DNA of 64,000 bases from a bacterium. GTDB taxonomy: Bacteria > UBA8248 > JACPRG01 > G963555815. The DNA is taken from assembly GCA_965261595.1 (NCBI GenBank), contig CBDHDG010000005.1, forward strand, positions 832,001 through 896,000, given 5' to 3'. Made by a program: the position numbers and the translations under genes. The stretch's first letter is position 1, and each line of letters opens with the position of its first letter. Of this stretch, positions 29,631-41,374 are shown in pieces. The notes under the pieces were generated by a model, which saw only the letters and a program-made list of their open reading frames with translations, ran no database searches and was not told where the DNA came from.

Positions 29631-30094
29631 GCGGTTTTGCCATTCGGTGGCGGACAATCCAATCCTGGAAGTTCTTGAGATGGATCGGGAAAGCGCGCAA
29701 AGCATCGCCCATTCGATTCTTGCCCGGTGTGGCAGTGAATCCGGCCATCCATACCGGCCCTTCAATTATAAGATCGGTTCACGCCGCACGCTATGGACAG
29801 CCGCGGCTGATACCGTCTAATACCGCAATCGCGGGCTGAGTATCCAAACCTTTTGCATTGGTACAATAAACCCTTCGACCCTTTTGACGGACGATGGGGC
29901 AAAAAGATTCATCGGTGATCTGAATCCTTACGGTGAGTCAATCAGTCTAAACTAATGAGATTCGGTGAATCGCATCTCAAGCCGGTCGTGATCCCGTTGA
30001 ATATCTCAACGGCCTAAGCTGAATCGATCAAGAAAAAGGATCCGACCCAAGAGCGCTCGAGAGGTCATGGCCTCCGCCTCGGGAGGGATTGACC

Positions 30095-31606
30095 ATGAAA
30101 GCCAATATCCGGTTGAAAATAGAGGGCGGCGACGCCCTGAAGTTCCATTCGGAGCGTGTTGAGATCGGCTCCGAGAAGGCTTTGGACGTTTCTTTTGACC
30201 CGAATCCGTTTCCCATGGTTTCGGAGAGACACGCCCACCTCGCTTTCGAGTGTGGAATCCATGTCCTTTACGACAACGCATCCGCCCAGGGCACATTTGT
30301 CAACGGGGAGCGAATCTCCGTGGCGAAGCTCAAGAGTGGAGACCGGATCCGGCTTGGACAGGGCGGCCCGACCCTTCTCTTCGAAGACGGGTCCCCATTC
30401 ACCTCACGACTGAAGTTCGTTCTCGGCCGGTGCGGGGTCGATGGGAAGATGCTTCAGGCGATGGTCTCGGACTCCCTGGCGGAGGTCACGACGGGCAAAG
30501 GGAAAAAACCGGAAAAAGCCTCCGGGATCGTCCAGGAGGTTCTGGGGCGGGTGAAGCTTCAACAGTCGATCCGTCTCCTGACGGCCGTGTTTGTGGGACT
30601 CCTCCTCACGGCCGGCTCGGTTGCGGGAATCCTCCTTTGGACGGGGAGGCGCCTGAAGGGTCTCGAGGAAGTGACGTTCCGGCGGGCGTCCGAGCGGGCG
30701 ACCCTCATGGAAAGCCGCGAGAGGGATTTCCGCCGCCGGATTCGAGGCCTGAAGTCTGAGCTGGTCCGCAAAGAAGCCTCCGCTTCGACCGAGGTTGACG
30801 CCCTGCGGTCCAACCTGAAAAACCTCAGAGAAACCCTGGAAGAGAACAGGCGGGGATTTTGGGCGATCGCCGAGCGGAATCAAAAGGCTGTGGTCCTCCT
30901 CCAACACACCTTTCAGGTGTTCAACCTGAAAACGGGCCGCACCGTGAGGGTCGTCAGCCGCCGGACCAACGGGGCCCCGATGTTTTCCGAGGGTCCGGTG
31001 GGCGTCCCCGTGACCCTCAGTATCCAGGGCACGGGCTTTGTGATTGACCCCCGGGGAACCATCCTGACGAATCGCCACGTCGCCGAGCCTTGGCGGGAGA
31101 ATGACCGTCTGCGGAGCGCAGGGTGGTCCGGACGGACCGTCCTTCTGAGCGCCACCTTCGCCGATACGGACCGCCCGGTTCCCGCGAAGATCCTCAAGGT
31201 TTCCCGGGAGGTGGACGCGGCTGCGCTTCGGATCGATCCATTTCCCGGCATGCCGGTTGTCCAGGCCATCGAGCCCAACCCGAAAAAGGTCCGCCAGGGG
31301 CTGCGCGTCGCCATCATCGGATTTCCCAGCGGGGTCATGATGGAGGGAAAGGCCAAGACCACGCTCACGACGGGAGTCCTCAGCAAGGTCAACCTCCGCA
31401 AGGAACTCCAGTTCGACGCCCCCGTGAACCCGGGAAACAGCGGAGGGCCCATCTTCAATGAGCGGGGACATGTGATCGGCATCGTCCATGCGGTGGGTGT
31501 GGGCCCCGGGGGCGCCAGGCTCCATGGGATCAGTTACGGAGTCCCCATCCGGTTTGCGACGAGCCTCGCGGCGGCGCCTGACCGGGTTTCGGGCCTGGGT
31601 CCCTGA
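30095..31606 (+). CDS. FHA domain + TM helix + coiled coil + trypsin-like serine protease
   Basis: VSERHA, GTFVNG (FHA); hydrophobic LLTAVFVGLLLTAGSVAGILLW; GTGFVI, TNRHV, DAA, NPGNSGGP; no PDZ. Confidence 0.85.
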   Translation: MKANIRLKIEGGDALKFHSERVEIGSEKALDVSFDPNPFPMVSERHAHLAFECGIHVLYDNASAQGTFVNGERISVAKLKSGDRIRLGQGGPTLLFEDGSPFTSRLKFVLGRCGVDGKMLQAMVSDSLAEVTTGKGKKPEKASGIVQEVLGRVKLQQSIRLLTAVFVGLLLTAGSVAGILLWTGRRLKGLEEVTFRRASERATLMESRERDFRRRIRGLKSELVRKEASASTEVDALRSNLKNLRETLEENRRGFWAIAERNQKAVVLLQHTFQVFNLKTGRTVRVVSRRTNGAPMFSEGPVGVPVTLSIQGTGFVIDPRGTILTNRHVAEPWRENDRLRSAGWSGRTVLLSATFADTDRPVPAKILKVSREVDAAALRIDPFPGMPVVQAIEPNPKKVRQGLRVAIIGFPSGVMMEGKAKTTLTTGVLSKVNLRKELQFDAPVNPGNSGGPIFNERGHVIGIVHAVGVGPGGARLHGISYGVPIRFATSLAAAPDRVSGLGP

Positions 31607-31759
31607 CCACCGGCTGACAGCGCCCGGGGTATTGAACGGTTGCCATCTGGATCAACTCCCGGGCGTCCTCTCTCCTCCACCGGAATTCAATAGACGCGTG
31701 GTGGAGAGGTGGATAAAGGAACGGAAAGGCGCAGTGGTCAAGCGAAGCGCGCATCTTCC

Positions 31760-33148
31760 CTACAACGCGTTCTCGAACGGCGTGTGCCTGCGTTCGAGGT
31801 ACTCTCCGTGCGGTCCTCCGGCCGTCACCCGGCCGTCTTCCACGATCGTCCGGCCCCTGAGGATGACCCTTTCGAGCTTGCCGCGGACGCGCATGCCTTC
31901 CAGGAGCGATACGCCCAGGAGGAAGTCCCGGTTCCGGAACGTGAACGCGCGGCCCGGATCGAGGATCACGATGTCCGCGTCCGCGCCGACGCCGATATGC
32001 CCTTTCCGGGGAAAGAGGCCGAACGCGCGCGCGGCGTTGAGGCTCGAGACCGCGGCCAGACGTTCATAGGTGAGGTCTTTACGCTGAACGCCTTGCAACA
32101 GCGTGGACAGGATCGTCCCCGAGCCCGGAAGTCCCGCGGGGGCGTTCCAGATGTCCCGGTCTTTTTGCGCGAAAGCCTCTTCATGCCCGGTGGACACGAT
32201 GTGGTCGGAACCGACGCAATCGAGGCCGTTTCCGCCGATTGCGCGCCAGAGGGCTTCGCGGTCTGTTTTCAACTTGATGGCCGGGTTGTACTTGCCGATG
32301 CCGATTCGGGGGTCCTCCCGATCCACCAGCAGGTAGTGGGGACAGGTCTCGCCGATGACGTCCACGCCCCTTTGCCGCGCCTCCTGGAGGAGTCTCGGTC
32401 CCCCGCCGAATCCGATGTGTACGACATAGAGGGGACAACCCGTCCGCTCCGCGTAGAGGCAGGCCCGGGAGATGCCTTCTTCCTCGCAGATGTGGGGGTG
32501 GGCGTCCGTCCAGACCGCCCCATCCATCCGTCCCTGCCGCCGGAATTCATCTTCCAGGAACCAGCCGATTTCCCAATTCTCCGCGTGGACCACCGCCCGG
32601 GCGGGCGGATCGAGCGCGGCGATGATCTCGAAGGCGCGGAGGAGAGCCCCGTCGTCCAGGGCGCATATCGTTGGATACAGCTCGCGCTCCAGTCCCGAGA
32701 AGAAAAATTTGAAGGACGAAACTCCGTGAAGGGCGAACAGGTCGTTGATCTCGGAAAGGGTCTCCTTTCCGTTGATGATGGGCTGAATGCCCATGTCTAC
32801 GAAAGAATGGGACTCGATATGGGATTTCCAGCCCCCGATGGAATCCAGCGGTCCGCGGGGGCCGGACGAATAGTCCAGGTAGGTGGTGACCCCGCCGAGG
32901 GCCATCCGCCGCGTCTCGTGGCGGAACCCTTCGCTGTCCCCCCAGCAGTGCGCCATGTGCCCGTGGGGGTCGATCAGTCCGGGGAGAAGGAGCTTGCCGC
33001 CGGCGTCGATTTTTCGCTTCGCCGCCAGGCGGCTTGTAGAGACGATAGCGATTCGGCCGTCGCGAATCCCGACGTTCGCCGCAAAACGGCCGGCCGGGGA
33101 GACCACCGTTCCGTTGAGGATTGCGGTATCGAGTCTGGTGGATGGCAT
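31760..33148 (-). CDS. Cyclic amidohydrolase (dihydroorotase/allantoinase/hydantoinase family)
   Basis: PGLIDPHGH, GGVTT, SFKFF, HAEN, ETCPHYL, GSDH, GADADIVI. Confidence 0.88.
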   Translation of the reverse strand: MPSTRLDTAILNGTVVSPAGRFAANVGIRDGRIAIVSTSRLAAKRKIDAGGKLLLPGLIDPHGHMAHCWGDSEGFRHETRRMALGGVTTYLDYSSGPRGPLDSIGGWKSHIESHSFVDMGIQPIINGKETLSEINDLFALHGVSSFKFFFSGLERELYPTICALDDGALLRAFEIIAALDPPARAVVHAENWEIGWFLEDEFRRQGRMDGAVWTDAHPHICEEEGISRACLYAERTGCPLYVVHIGFGGGPRLLQEARQRGVDVIGETCPHYLLVDREDPRIGIGKYNPAIKLKTDREALWRAIGGNGLDCVGSDHIVSTGHEEAFAQKDRDIWNAPAGLPGSGTILSTLLQGVQRKDLTYERLAAVSSLNAARAFGLFPRKGHIGVGADADIVILDPGRAFTFRNRDFLLGVSLLEGMRVRGKLERVILRGRTIVEDGRVTAGGPHGEYLERRHTPFENAL

Positions 33149-33285
33149 TGCAATCTCCCCTGAATAAAAGCCCCGCTTCCGTTGCGATGGTTAAACCCGT
33201 TTCATATGGCCCCGGGCGTTCTGGTCGGCGTCATGTTTCGCCGCGCCCGCACATCCTTCCCCCGGGAGAAGGCCCTCGGGGCCGC

Positions 33286-33638
33286 TCACATCTCGACCAC
33301 CGTTATTTCCTGCACCGGCCACTTGGACAGGATCTCGCAGCCGTTCCGGGTCACGTGGACCACCTCCTCGATGCGGACCCTTTGCCTTCGCCGTCTCCGT
33401 CCTGGGTCTCGATGGCGAAGGTCATTCCCTCCTCGATGGTCATGGGGTGGTCCAAAGCGGGGTGTAGGTGGAGGTGATGTAGCGGGTGTTCCATTCGTTC
33501 AGGTTCAGGAAGGCCCCCCAAGTCGTTCTCCTCGAACTTGGCCCGCTGAAGGCGTCTCTTCCGCAGGGCCTCCAGGTTGATGCCCTCAATCCAGTCCACC
33601 CGGTCCAGCGGATACGAAAGGCCATATTCCTCTGTCAT
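33286..33638 (-). pseudogene. Internally deleted Xaa-Pro peptidase (M24) remnant
   Basis: N-terminal ..RVDW..INLEALRKRRL..LGAFL..NTRYITS joined to C-terminal DHPMTIEEGMTFAIETQ..GVRIEEVVHVT..EILSKWP, across three frame breaks. Confidence 0.8.
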
Positions 33639-33648
33639 GGAGACCCCC

Positions 33649-35267
33649 TCATCTTTCTTCCCCCCTGCGGGAGGCGTCTTCCTTTTCCCTCAGCGCCCTG
33701 CGAAGGATTTTTCCGCTCCCGGACTTTGGGATGGCGTCGATGAACTCGACCTCGCGGATTTGCTTGTAGCCCGCCACCCGCTCCCGCACGAAGGCCATGA
33801 TCGCCTCCGGGTCGGGAGGGGGATCGTTGCTGGGGACGATGAAGGCCTTGGGGATCTCTCCCGCCTCCGGGTCGGCCTTGGCGATGACCGCCGCGTCGGC
33901 CACCTCCGGATGCCCGTGCAGGAGGGCCTCCAGCTCGGCCGGGGCCACGGCGAACCCCTTGTACTTGATCATCTCCTTCAGCCGGTCGAGGATGAAGACG
34001 TAGCCGTCCTCGTCGATCCGGACGATGTCCCCCGTGTAGAGCCAGCCGTCCCGGAGGGCGCGGGCCGTCTCCTCGGGCGCGTTCCAGTAACCCTTCATGA
34101 CCTGCGGCCCCCGGAGGATGAGCTCCCCCGCCTCTCCCGGCGGCATCTCCTTCTCCCCCGTCTCGATGTCCACCACCTTCTGTTCCTCGTCGGAGACGGG
34201 AGGGCCGACGGACGCCTCCTTCACACACGCCTCGTCCGGGGGGTTCATATGGGTCAGCGGGGAGGCCTCGGTCAGTCCGTAGCCCATGAAGGTCAGGACC
34301 CCCGTCCGCTCCCGCACCCGCCGGCAGACCTCGGTGGGAAGGGGCGCCGCGCCGCTCATGATGTAGCGCAGGGAAGAGAGGTCGTAATCTTCCAGGTCGG
34401 GGAGCTGGGAGATCGCCAACAGCGCGGGCGGCGCGCCATAGAACAGCGTCAGCCGCCGGCGCTCCACCAGGCGCAGGGCCTCCTCGGCGCCGAACCGGGC
34501 CATCAGGATTTGCGGGGCCCCGGCCAGGATCAACCCGCCCATGATCATGGCCCCGTAGATGTGGTAGAGGGGAAGGAACAGCAGGCCGCTGTCCCGGTCC
34601 GTGATCCGGTGGTTGGCCGCGAACTGGACGTAGTTGGAGACCAGGTTCCGGTGGGTCAGCATCACCCCCTTCGGCAACCCCGTCGTCCCGCTGGAATAGG
34701 GCAGGGCGATGAGGTCTTCGCGCGGATCGATGGGGGGCTCGGGCGGGGGGGAGGGACTTTCCGCCAGGATCCAATCCTGGAAGCGGGCGCGGCCCGCCGG
34801 ATTTTCGCCCTCGCCCGCGACGATCACCTCTTGAAGGTCGGGAAGCTGGGAAGAGACGGCCTCGATCACCGGGAGTCGGGATTCTTCCACGATCACGAGC
34901 TTCGCCCCGGAGTCTTGAAGCTGGTAGCGGGCCTCGGCTTCTTTGAAGGAAGCGTTCAGGGGCGTGACGACCGCGCCGGCTTTGGAGACGCCGAAAAAGG
35001 CGATTTCGAACTCGATCGAATTGGGGAGAAAGAGCCCCACGCGGTCCCCGGGACCGACGCTGGCCGCCCGGAGGGCGCGCGCGCAGGCGTTGGACAGGCC
35101 TTCCAGCTCGCGGAACGTGACCTCCCGCTCGCCGTCCACCAGCGCGACCCGATCCGGACACCGCCCGGCGGAAGTCCGCAACAGTCCGTGGAAAGGGTGT
35201 TCGGGGTAATCCAGGGGAGGACGGAAGTAGGGAGGCAACAAGCCGGGGGGGGAGGGGAGGGGGGCGC

Positions 35268-35271
<4 letters not shown>
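33649..35271 (-). CDS. AMP-dependent acyl-CoA ligase (4-coumarate / long-chain fatty acid-CoA ligase family)
   Basis: YSSGTTGLPKG, GYGLTE, GPQVMKGY, YTGD, DRLKEMIK, IPKSGSGK; ATGA overlap with the ACAD. Confidence 0.93.
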
Positions 35272-36398
<1,127 letters not shown>

Positions 36399-36438
36399 AT
36401 GGAAGCTCCCCGGTCCAGTCGTCCGGCGGACAGAGGGG

Positions 36439-37299
36439 TTAGGCGTATGGGTAGAACCCCTTTCCCGTCTTCCGGCCCAGGTCTCCCGCCTGAACCATTC
36501 GCTTCAGGAGCGGGGAGGGCAGGAACGCCTTCTCACGGAATTCTTCGTAGAGGGTCATCGCGGCATGATAGCAAATGTCCAAACCGATGAGATCCATCAG
36601 CGTAAAGGGGCCCATGGGGAAGCCGCACCCCAGCTTCATGCCCTTGTCGATGTCCTCGACGGTGGCGACCCCTTCCTCCAGGGACCGGACGGCCTCCATC
36701 AGGTAGGGGATCAGGAGGCGGTCCACGACGAATCCCGCCTTGTCCGCCGATTCGATGGGCTCTTTGCCCAGAGAGCGGACGAAGGCCCAAGCGGCATCGA
36801 ACGCCCCGTCGCCGGTCAGGGGGGTCCGGACGACCTCAACCAGTTTCATGACGGGGGCCGGATTGAAAAAATGCATCCCGACCACCCGGGAAGGCCGGGA
36901 GGTGGCCGCCGCCATCTCCGTGACGCGGAGCGAGGAGGTGTTGGTGGCGAACAGGGCGTCGGGCTTGCAGATCAGGTCGAGTCGGCCGAAGAGATCTTTC
37001 TTCAAGGACAGGTCCTCGAAGACGGCTTCGATCACAAGGTCCGCATCGGCGTGCCCTTCCAGATCCGCGCCGCGCGCGATCCGGTCCAAGGTCTCGTCCG
37101 CCGCCTCCCGGGAGGAGCGCCCCTTCTCTACGTTCCTCGTGAGTGAGGAGCGGATCGAGTCGAGTCCGCGCTCGATCGCTTCGCCCGTCTCGTCCGAGAT
37201 GTAGACCGAATACCCCGCCGCCGCGACGACCTGGGCGATCCCCGACCCCATGACGCCGCATCCGACAACCCCGACGCGCTTGATCGGCGTTCCGCTCAT
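36439..37299 (-). CDS. 3-hydroxybutyryl-CoA (3-hydroxyacyl-CoA) dehydrogenase
   Basis: VVGCGVMGSGIAQ, EAVFED, ATNTSSL, GMHFFNP, PMGPFTLMDLIGLD, GRKTGKGFY. Confidence 0.93.
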   Translation of the reverse strand: MSGTPIKRVGVVGCGVMGSGIAQVVAAAGYSVYISDETGEAIERGLDSIRSSLTRNVEKGRSSREAADETLDRIARGADLEGHADADLVIEAVFEDLSLKKDLFGRLDLICKPDALFATNTSSLRVTEMAAATSRPSRVVGMHFFNPAPVMKLVEVVRTPLTGDGAFDAAWAFVRSLGKEPIESADKAGFVVDRLLIPYLMEAVRSLEEGVATVEDIDKGMKLGCGFPMGPFTLMDLIGLDICYHAAMTLYEEFREKAFLPSPLLKRMVQAGDLGRKTGKGFYPYA

Positions 37300-37414
37300 C
37301 CCGGTTCCTTCCTCCGGTCGTGCATAGGGTTCACTCCCGCCTTGCGGATCCTCCCAGGTCATGGTCCGAAAAGATCAATCGGTTAACGAAGATCGGCCGG
37401 AACAGCAGATAGCG

Positions 37415-38230
37415 TTACTTGGCCGTCTGGCCACCGTCCACCGGGAGGATGGCTCCCGTTACGTAGTCCGAAGCGGGCGAGGCCAGAAACAGGATGGCCG
37501 CCGCCACGTCCCGGGGAGTCCCCGGCCGCCGCAGGGGAACGTTGTCGCGGATAAACCTTTTGCCGGGCTCTGAATTCAGAAATTCCCGGCTCATGTCGGT
37601 CTCGATATACCCGGGGCAGACGGCGTTGACCGTGATCTTTTCGCGGGCCAGCTCGACGGCCAGCGCCCGGGTGAGGGCCGCCAACCCGCCCTTGGCCGCG
37701 CCGTAAGCCGACAGGCCGGTCATTCCCACGAGGGCGGAGGCCGAGATGACATTGATGATTTTCCCTCCCCCGCCGTTTTGCATGACCTCCACGGCCCGCT
37801 TGGCGCAAAGGTACGCGGCCCGGAGGTTGATGTCGTGCGTCCGGTCCCAGTCCTCGATTGTCGTATCCACGAACGCTTTGCCGATTCCGAGCCCGGCGTT
37901 GTTGATGAGGATGTCCAGGCCGCGCCAGGTATCCGCCGCTTCGCGGAAAACGCGTGTCACCGCATCGGGGTCGGTCAGGTCCGCCGTGAGGCGGAGGGAG
38001 CTCTCTCCAGCGCCTTCATCCGGAGCGGCCGCCGACACGGCCTCGGCCGATTCGTCCAGGGCGTCGAGGTCGCGGCCGACCAGGACTACGCGTGCGCCCG
38101 CCCCGGCCAGCGCAACGGCCGCGGCCCGTCCGATCCCCCGGCTGGCGCCCGTGATCAAGGCGACGCGCCCCCGGAGGTCAAAGAATCCTACGCGCTCCTC
38201 ACTCGAAACGATCCCTCGCGCCTCCGGCAT
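37415..38230 (-). CDS. SDR family oxidoreductase
   Basis: TGASRGIG, NNAG, YGAAK, VDGG. Confidence 0.92.
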   Translation of the reverse strand: MPEARGIVSSEERVGFFDLRGRVALITGASRGIGRAAAVALAGAGARVVLVGRDLDALDESAEAVSAAAPDEGAGESSLRLTADLTDPDAVTRVFREAADTWRGLDILINNAGLGIGKAFVDTTIEDWDRTHDINLRAAYLCAKRAVEVMQNGGGGKIINVISASALVGMTGLSAYGAAKGGLAALTRALAVELAREKITVNAVCPGYIETDMSREFLNSEPGKRFIRDNVPLRRPGTPRDVAAAILFLASPASDYVTGAILPVDGGQTAK

Positions 38231-38304
38231 CGGTTACGTGATTCCATCACTATACCATTCATGAAATTTCGACCGCATCGCCGCCAACGGTTAGCGTGAA
38301 AGCC

Positions 38305-39750
38305 TCAGGGCCCTTCGAGGGCGTCCAGGACCAGTTGCTTGCACCGTTCCAGGTCGTAGTCCCGGTAGGTGGTCAGGGTCTGGGCTTCGAGGGAGCCTTC
38401 TCCATGGAGGGTGACGACGTAGTTGTACCCGCCGAAGTCGGAGGCCGTCAGATCCTTGATAAGATTGAACAGCCGCAGCCGCGTTTCGGTGGGAACGGAG
38501 GGGTCGCCGCGAAGGTACTTGTTCAGAAGGCCGTGGACCTCCGGGTTTCGGTAGTCCGCTTCGGAGGGCTGGGTGATGACCAGACCGCCCGCGATGTCCT
38601 GGAGGATGCGGCTGGCCTCGTGGAAGTGGCTGGCGAAGTAGTGCTTGCCGACGTTCAGGTAGACGGAGTTCGGGACCGCGATCCCCCCCCCCGGCTCCAT
38701 GCGCTCGCAGTCCAGGGCGGCGGCCTTGGTGCAGGCCCGGATGATCTCCGTGTAGGTGATGAGGCGGGCGATCTTCTCCCGGATGTGGCCGGCGCCCCCC
38801 ACGCCGTTGGCCTCGGCGATGAGCTGGGCCGCGCCGATGAACATGTCTCCGGTGGGCGGCTTGTAACTGATGGCGGTGAAGCGGTGGAAGCGGGCGAACA
38901 GGCCGGCCAGGGGGCCGGCGAAGTCCCACTCCCCGCACAGGAACACCCGCTCCCACGGGATGAAGACGTCCTCGAAGATGGTCACCGATTCGGTCTCGAT
39001 GTGGTGGCGGCTGATGGGGTGATCGAAGGCGCTCTGGTCGCGATGCGTGGTGGGGCGGCAGACCAATTTCAGCCCGTCGGTCGCCACGGGCAGGGAGAAG
39101 GCCACGGCGTAATCGGCGTCCCCCTCGGTCATGGCCCGGGTCGGCAGGACGATGATCTCGTCCACGACCGGCCCCATCGTGGTGTGGGCCTTCGCCCCCC
39201 GGACGACGATGCCGTCCTTGCGGCGGTCCACAATCCGGACGTAAAGGTCCGGGTCCTCCTGCTGGTGGGGACGCTTGCTTCGCTCCCCTTTGACGTCGGT
39301 CTGGGCCACGGCGATGCTGAGGTCCCCGGCGCGGCAGCGGTCGAGCTGCGCGGCGACGCGGGGGGCGTAGTCCGTCCCTTTTTCCTGGTCCAGGTGGTGG
39401 GCGATCACCGTCAGGGCGAACAGGGCGTCCGAGCCGATGGCCTTGATGATGTTCAGGACGCTCCGGGCCTCTTCGGTGGTTTTCTCGATCAGCTCCGTTC
39501 TTCGGAGGAGGTCGTCCGTGTTCCGGGCGAAGGCGAAATACCGGCTGTAGGGGGCGTCCTCGCCGTCGGAGACCACGAAAAGGTCGCGCAGGTCCTTTCG
39601 GTGGGCGAAGCGGAATATGGTCGCGCCGTGATCGGCGCAGATTCCGAGGACGGGGTGCGCGGTGACATCCTCCACGCGCCCGCCGCCTTGGAAAACCGTT
39701 CGGCCGTCCCGCAGACCGGCCAGGTACTCTTCCGCGGTCCGAATCGCCAT
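38305..39750 (-). CDS. 4-hydroxyphenylacetate 3-hydroxylase / 4-hydroxybutyryl-CoA dehydratase family flavoprotein
   Basis: EYLAGLRDGR, AQTDVKGERSKRP, GIVVRGAKAH, IFEDVFIPWERVF, HGEGS. Confidence 0.88.
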   Translation of the reverse strand: MAIRTAEEYLAGLRDGRTVFQGGGRVEDVTAHPVLGICADHGATIFRFAHRKDLRDLFVVSDGEDAPYSRYFAFARNTDDLLRRTELIEKTTEEARSVLNIIKAIGSDALFALTVIAHHLDQEKGTDYAPRVAAQLDRCRAGDLSIAVAQTDVKGERSKRPHQQEDPDLYVRIVDRRKDGIVVRGAKAHTTMGPVVDEIIVLPTRAMTEGDADYAVAFSLPVATDGLKLVCRPTTHRDQSAFDHPISRHHIETESVTIFEDVFIPWERVFLCGEWDFAGPLAGLFARFHRFTAISYKPPTGDMFIGAAQLIAEANGVGGAGHIREKIARLITYTEIIRACTKAAALDCERMEPGGGIAVPNSVYLNVGKHYFASHFHEASRILQDIAGGLVITQPSEADYRNPEVHGLLNKYLRGDPSVPTETRLRLFNLIKDLTASDFGGYNYVVTLHGEGSLEAQTLTTYRDYDLERCKQLVLDALEGP

Positions 39751-39829
39751 CGCTCCTCGCTCCCTTGCGCGCTCCGGCAGGGATTGCGTTTGTATGGAAC
39801 CCGCAACGCCGGGTCGGAGGGCCGGCTTC

Positions 39830-41185
39830 TCAGCCTCGCTCGTCCCTGAGTCGCTGGGCTTTATGGGTGGTTCGTTCGAGCGTGCCGAAAGGCTTCAACG
39901 CCACGTCCGGTGTCACTTGCAGCGCTTCCCGCAGTCGGCGGCGGACCTTCTCGCGCAGGCCGGCCGGGTCCGATTGCCCCTGAAGGGGTTCGGCCTCGAC
40001 GGTGCATACGTCCGCGCCCGTCTTCTTGTCCGTGGAGAGAACGATAAGGAACTCGTCGCCCAGATCCTCCATCCCCCGGATGACGTTCTCCACCTGGATG
40101 GGATAGAACTTGGCGCCGCGATAGACGACCAGGTCGTCGTGGCGTCCCAGGATGCCGCCCGGCGAGCGGGCGTGCGTCCGGCCGCAGGCGCAGAGGGAAG
40201 TGTCCAGCCGGGCGGTGTCGTTGGTCCAGTACCGGATCATCGGAGAAGCTTCCCGCGTCAGGTGGGTGACGACCAGAATCCCCGTTTCCCCCTCCGATAC
40301 GGGACGAAGGGTTTCGGAGTCAATGATCTCGATCAGGTGATGGTCCTCGGTCCAGTGAAGGCCCGCTTTGGCCGTGCATTCGCCGGAGTAGGTGGGGTGG
40401 ATCTCGCTGATGCCGTAAAAGTCGAAAGCGTCGATCCCCAGGCCCGTCTCGATCTTCGCGCGGGTCCCTTCGGTCTCCGTCCCGCCCTCCCCTCCGAACA
40501 ACCCGATGCGGAGCGGGATGGACGCCGGGTCCACCACCTCCTCCCGCATGCGCTCGGCGATGTGAAGGGCGAACGAGGGGGTGGACAGAAAGACCGCCGT
40601 GCCGGCGTTTTGGAAATACCAGATCTGCCGATCTGTCAGGGTGGCCCCGATGGGGATCACGAGGCACCGGAGAAGGTCGGCCGCGTAGTGGACCGCCAGG
40701 CCGGCGATCCACAGGCCATAGCTGAAGGCGTTCTGAACGACGTCTCCCGGCCGCGTCCCGGCCTGATAAAGCAGCCGCGCGGTGAAGCGGGCGATGGTCT
40801 GGACGTCGTTGGTTGTCCAGAGGGTGTGGACGGGATGGCCCGTTGTGCCGGTGGAGGGATGGAGCTCGCGGACCTCGGAGAGGGGGGTGAGCACGTAGCG
40901 GCCGAACGGGGGATGGGCGGCCTGCTCGTCGCGGAGCTCCTGCTTGCGGACGATGGGGAGGCCCGCGAGGTCGTCCAGGCTCCGGAGGTCCCCCGGCTCG
41001 AACCCGGCCGCTTGGAACTTCTCGCGATAGAAGGGCGACCCGGCATGGCACCGCCGGACCTGCTCTTGGAGTCGCGCGAGCTGGAGCGCCCGCAACGCGT
41101 CCCGGCTGAGGGTCTCCACCTCCGGCTCGAAGAATGTTCCATCCTCTTCGGCCGCCCGGGGGTTCTTCGCTGTCCGCTCTGGCAC
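39830..41185 (-). CDS. Phenylacetate-CoA ligase family protein (start uncertain)
   Basis: STGTTGHP, QNAFSYGL, STPSFAL, YGISE, PMIRYWTND, GRHDDL. Confidence 0.9.
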   Translation of the reverse strand: MPERTAKNPRAAEEDGTFFEPEVETLSRDALRALQLARLQEQVRRCHAGSPFYREKFQAAGFEPGDLRSLDDLAGLPIVRKQELRDEQAAHPPFGRYVLTPLSEVRELHPSTGTTGHPVHTLWTTNDVQTIARFTARLLYQAGTRPGDVVQNAFSYGLWIAGLAVHYAADLLRCLVIPIGATLTDRQIWYFQNAGTAVFLSTPSFALHIAERMREEVVDPASIPLRIGLFGGEGGTETEGTRAKIETGLGIDAFDFYGISEIHPTYSGECTAKAGLHWTEDHHLIEIIDSETLRPVSEGETGILVVTHLTREASPMIRYWTNDTARLDTSLCACGRTHARSPGGILGRHDDLVVYRGAKFYPIQVENVIRGMEDLGDEFLIVLSTDKKTGADVCTVEAEPLQGQSDPAGLREKVRRRLREALQVTPDVALKPFGTLERTTHKAQRLRDERG

Positions 41186-41374
41186 GGAACCGTCGCCCTT
41201 CGGTCGCACGGGGGTCTCCACTTCGAATTTCTCTCCCCCCCCCACGTTTTGCCGCTCCCGGCGTCGGACGTTCTCTCCCCGCTCGGCTCCCCCCCTCCGC
41301 TCGAAATACGGGTAGAGATGAAGACGGAGGCGGAAAGGCGCGGAGTTCTCCCCCGCGAAAGCCTCAGTGCGCTC

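Noticed and set aside
29780..29815. c-di-GMP-I riboswitch-like 3' segment (CTATGGACAGCCGCGGCTG)
   Set aside because: The required upstream GGCAAA/GAAA P2 elements are absent
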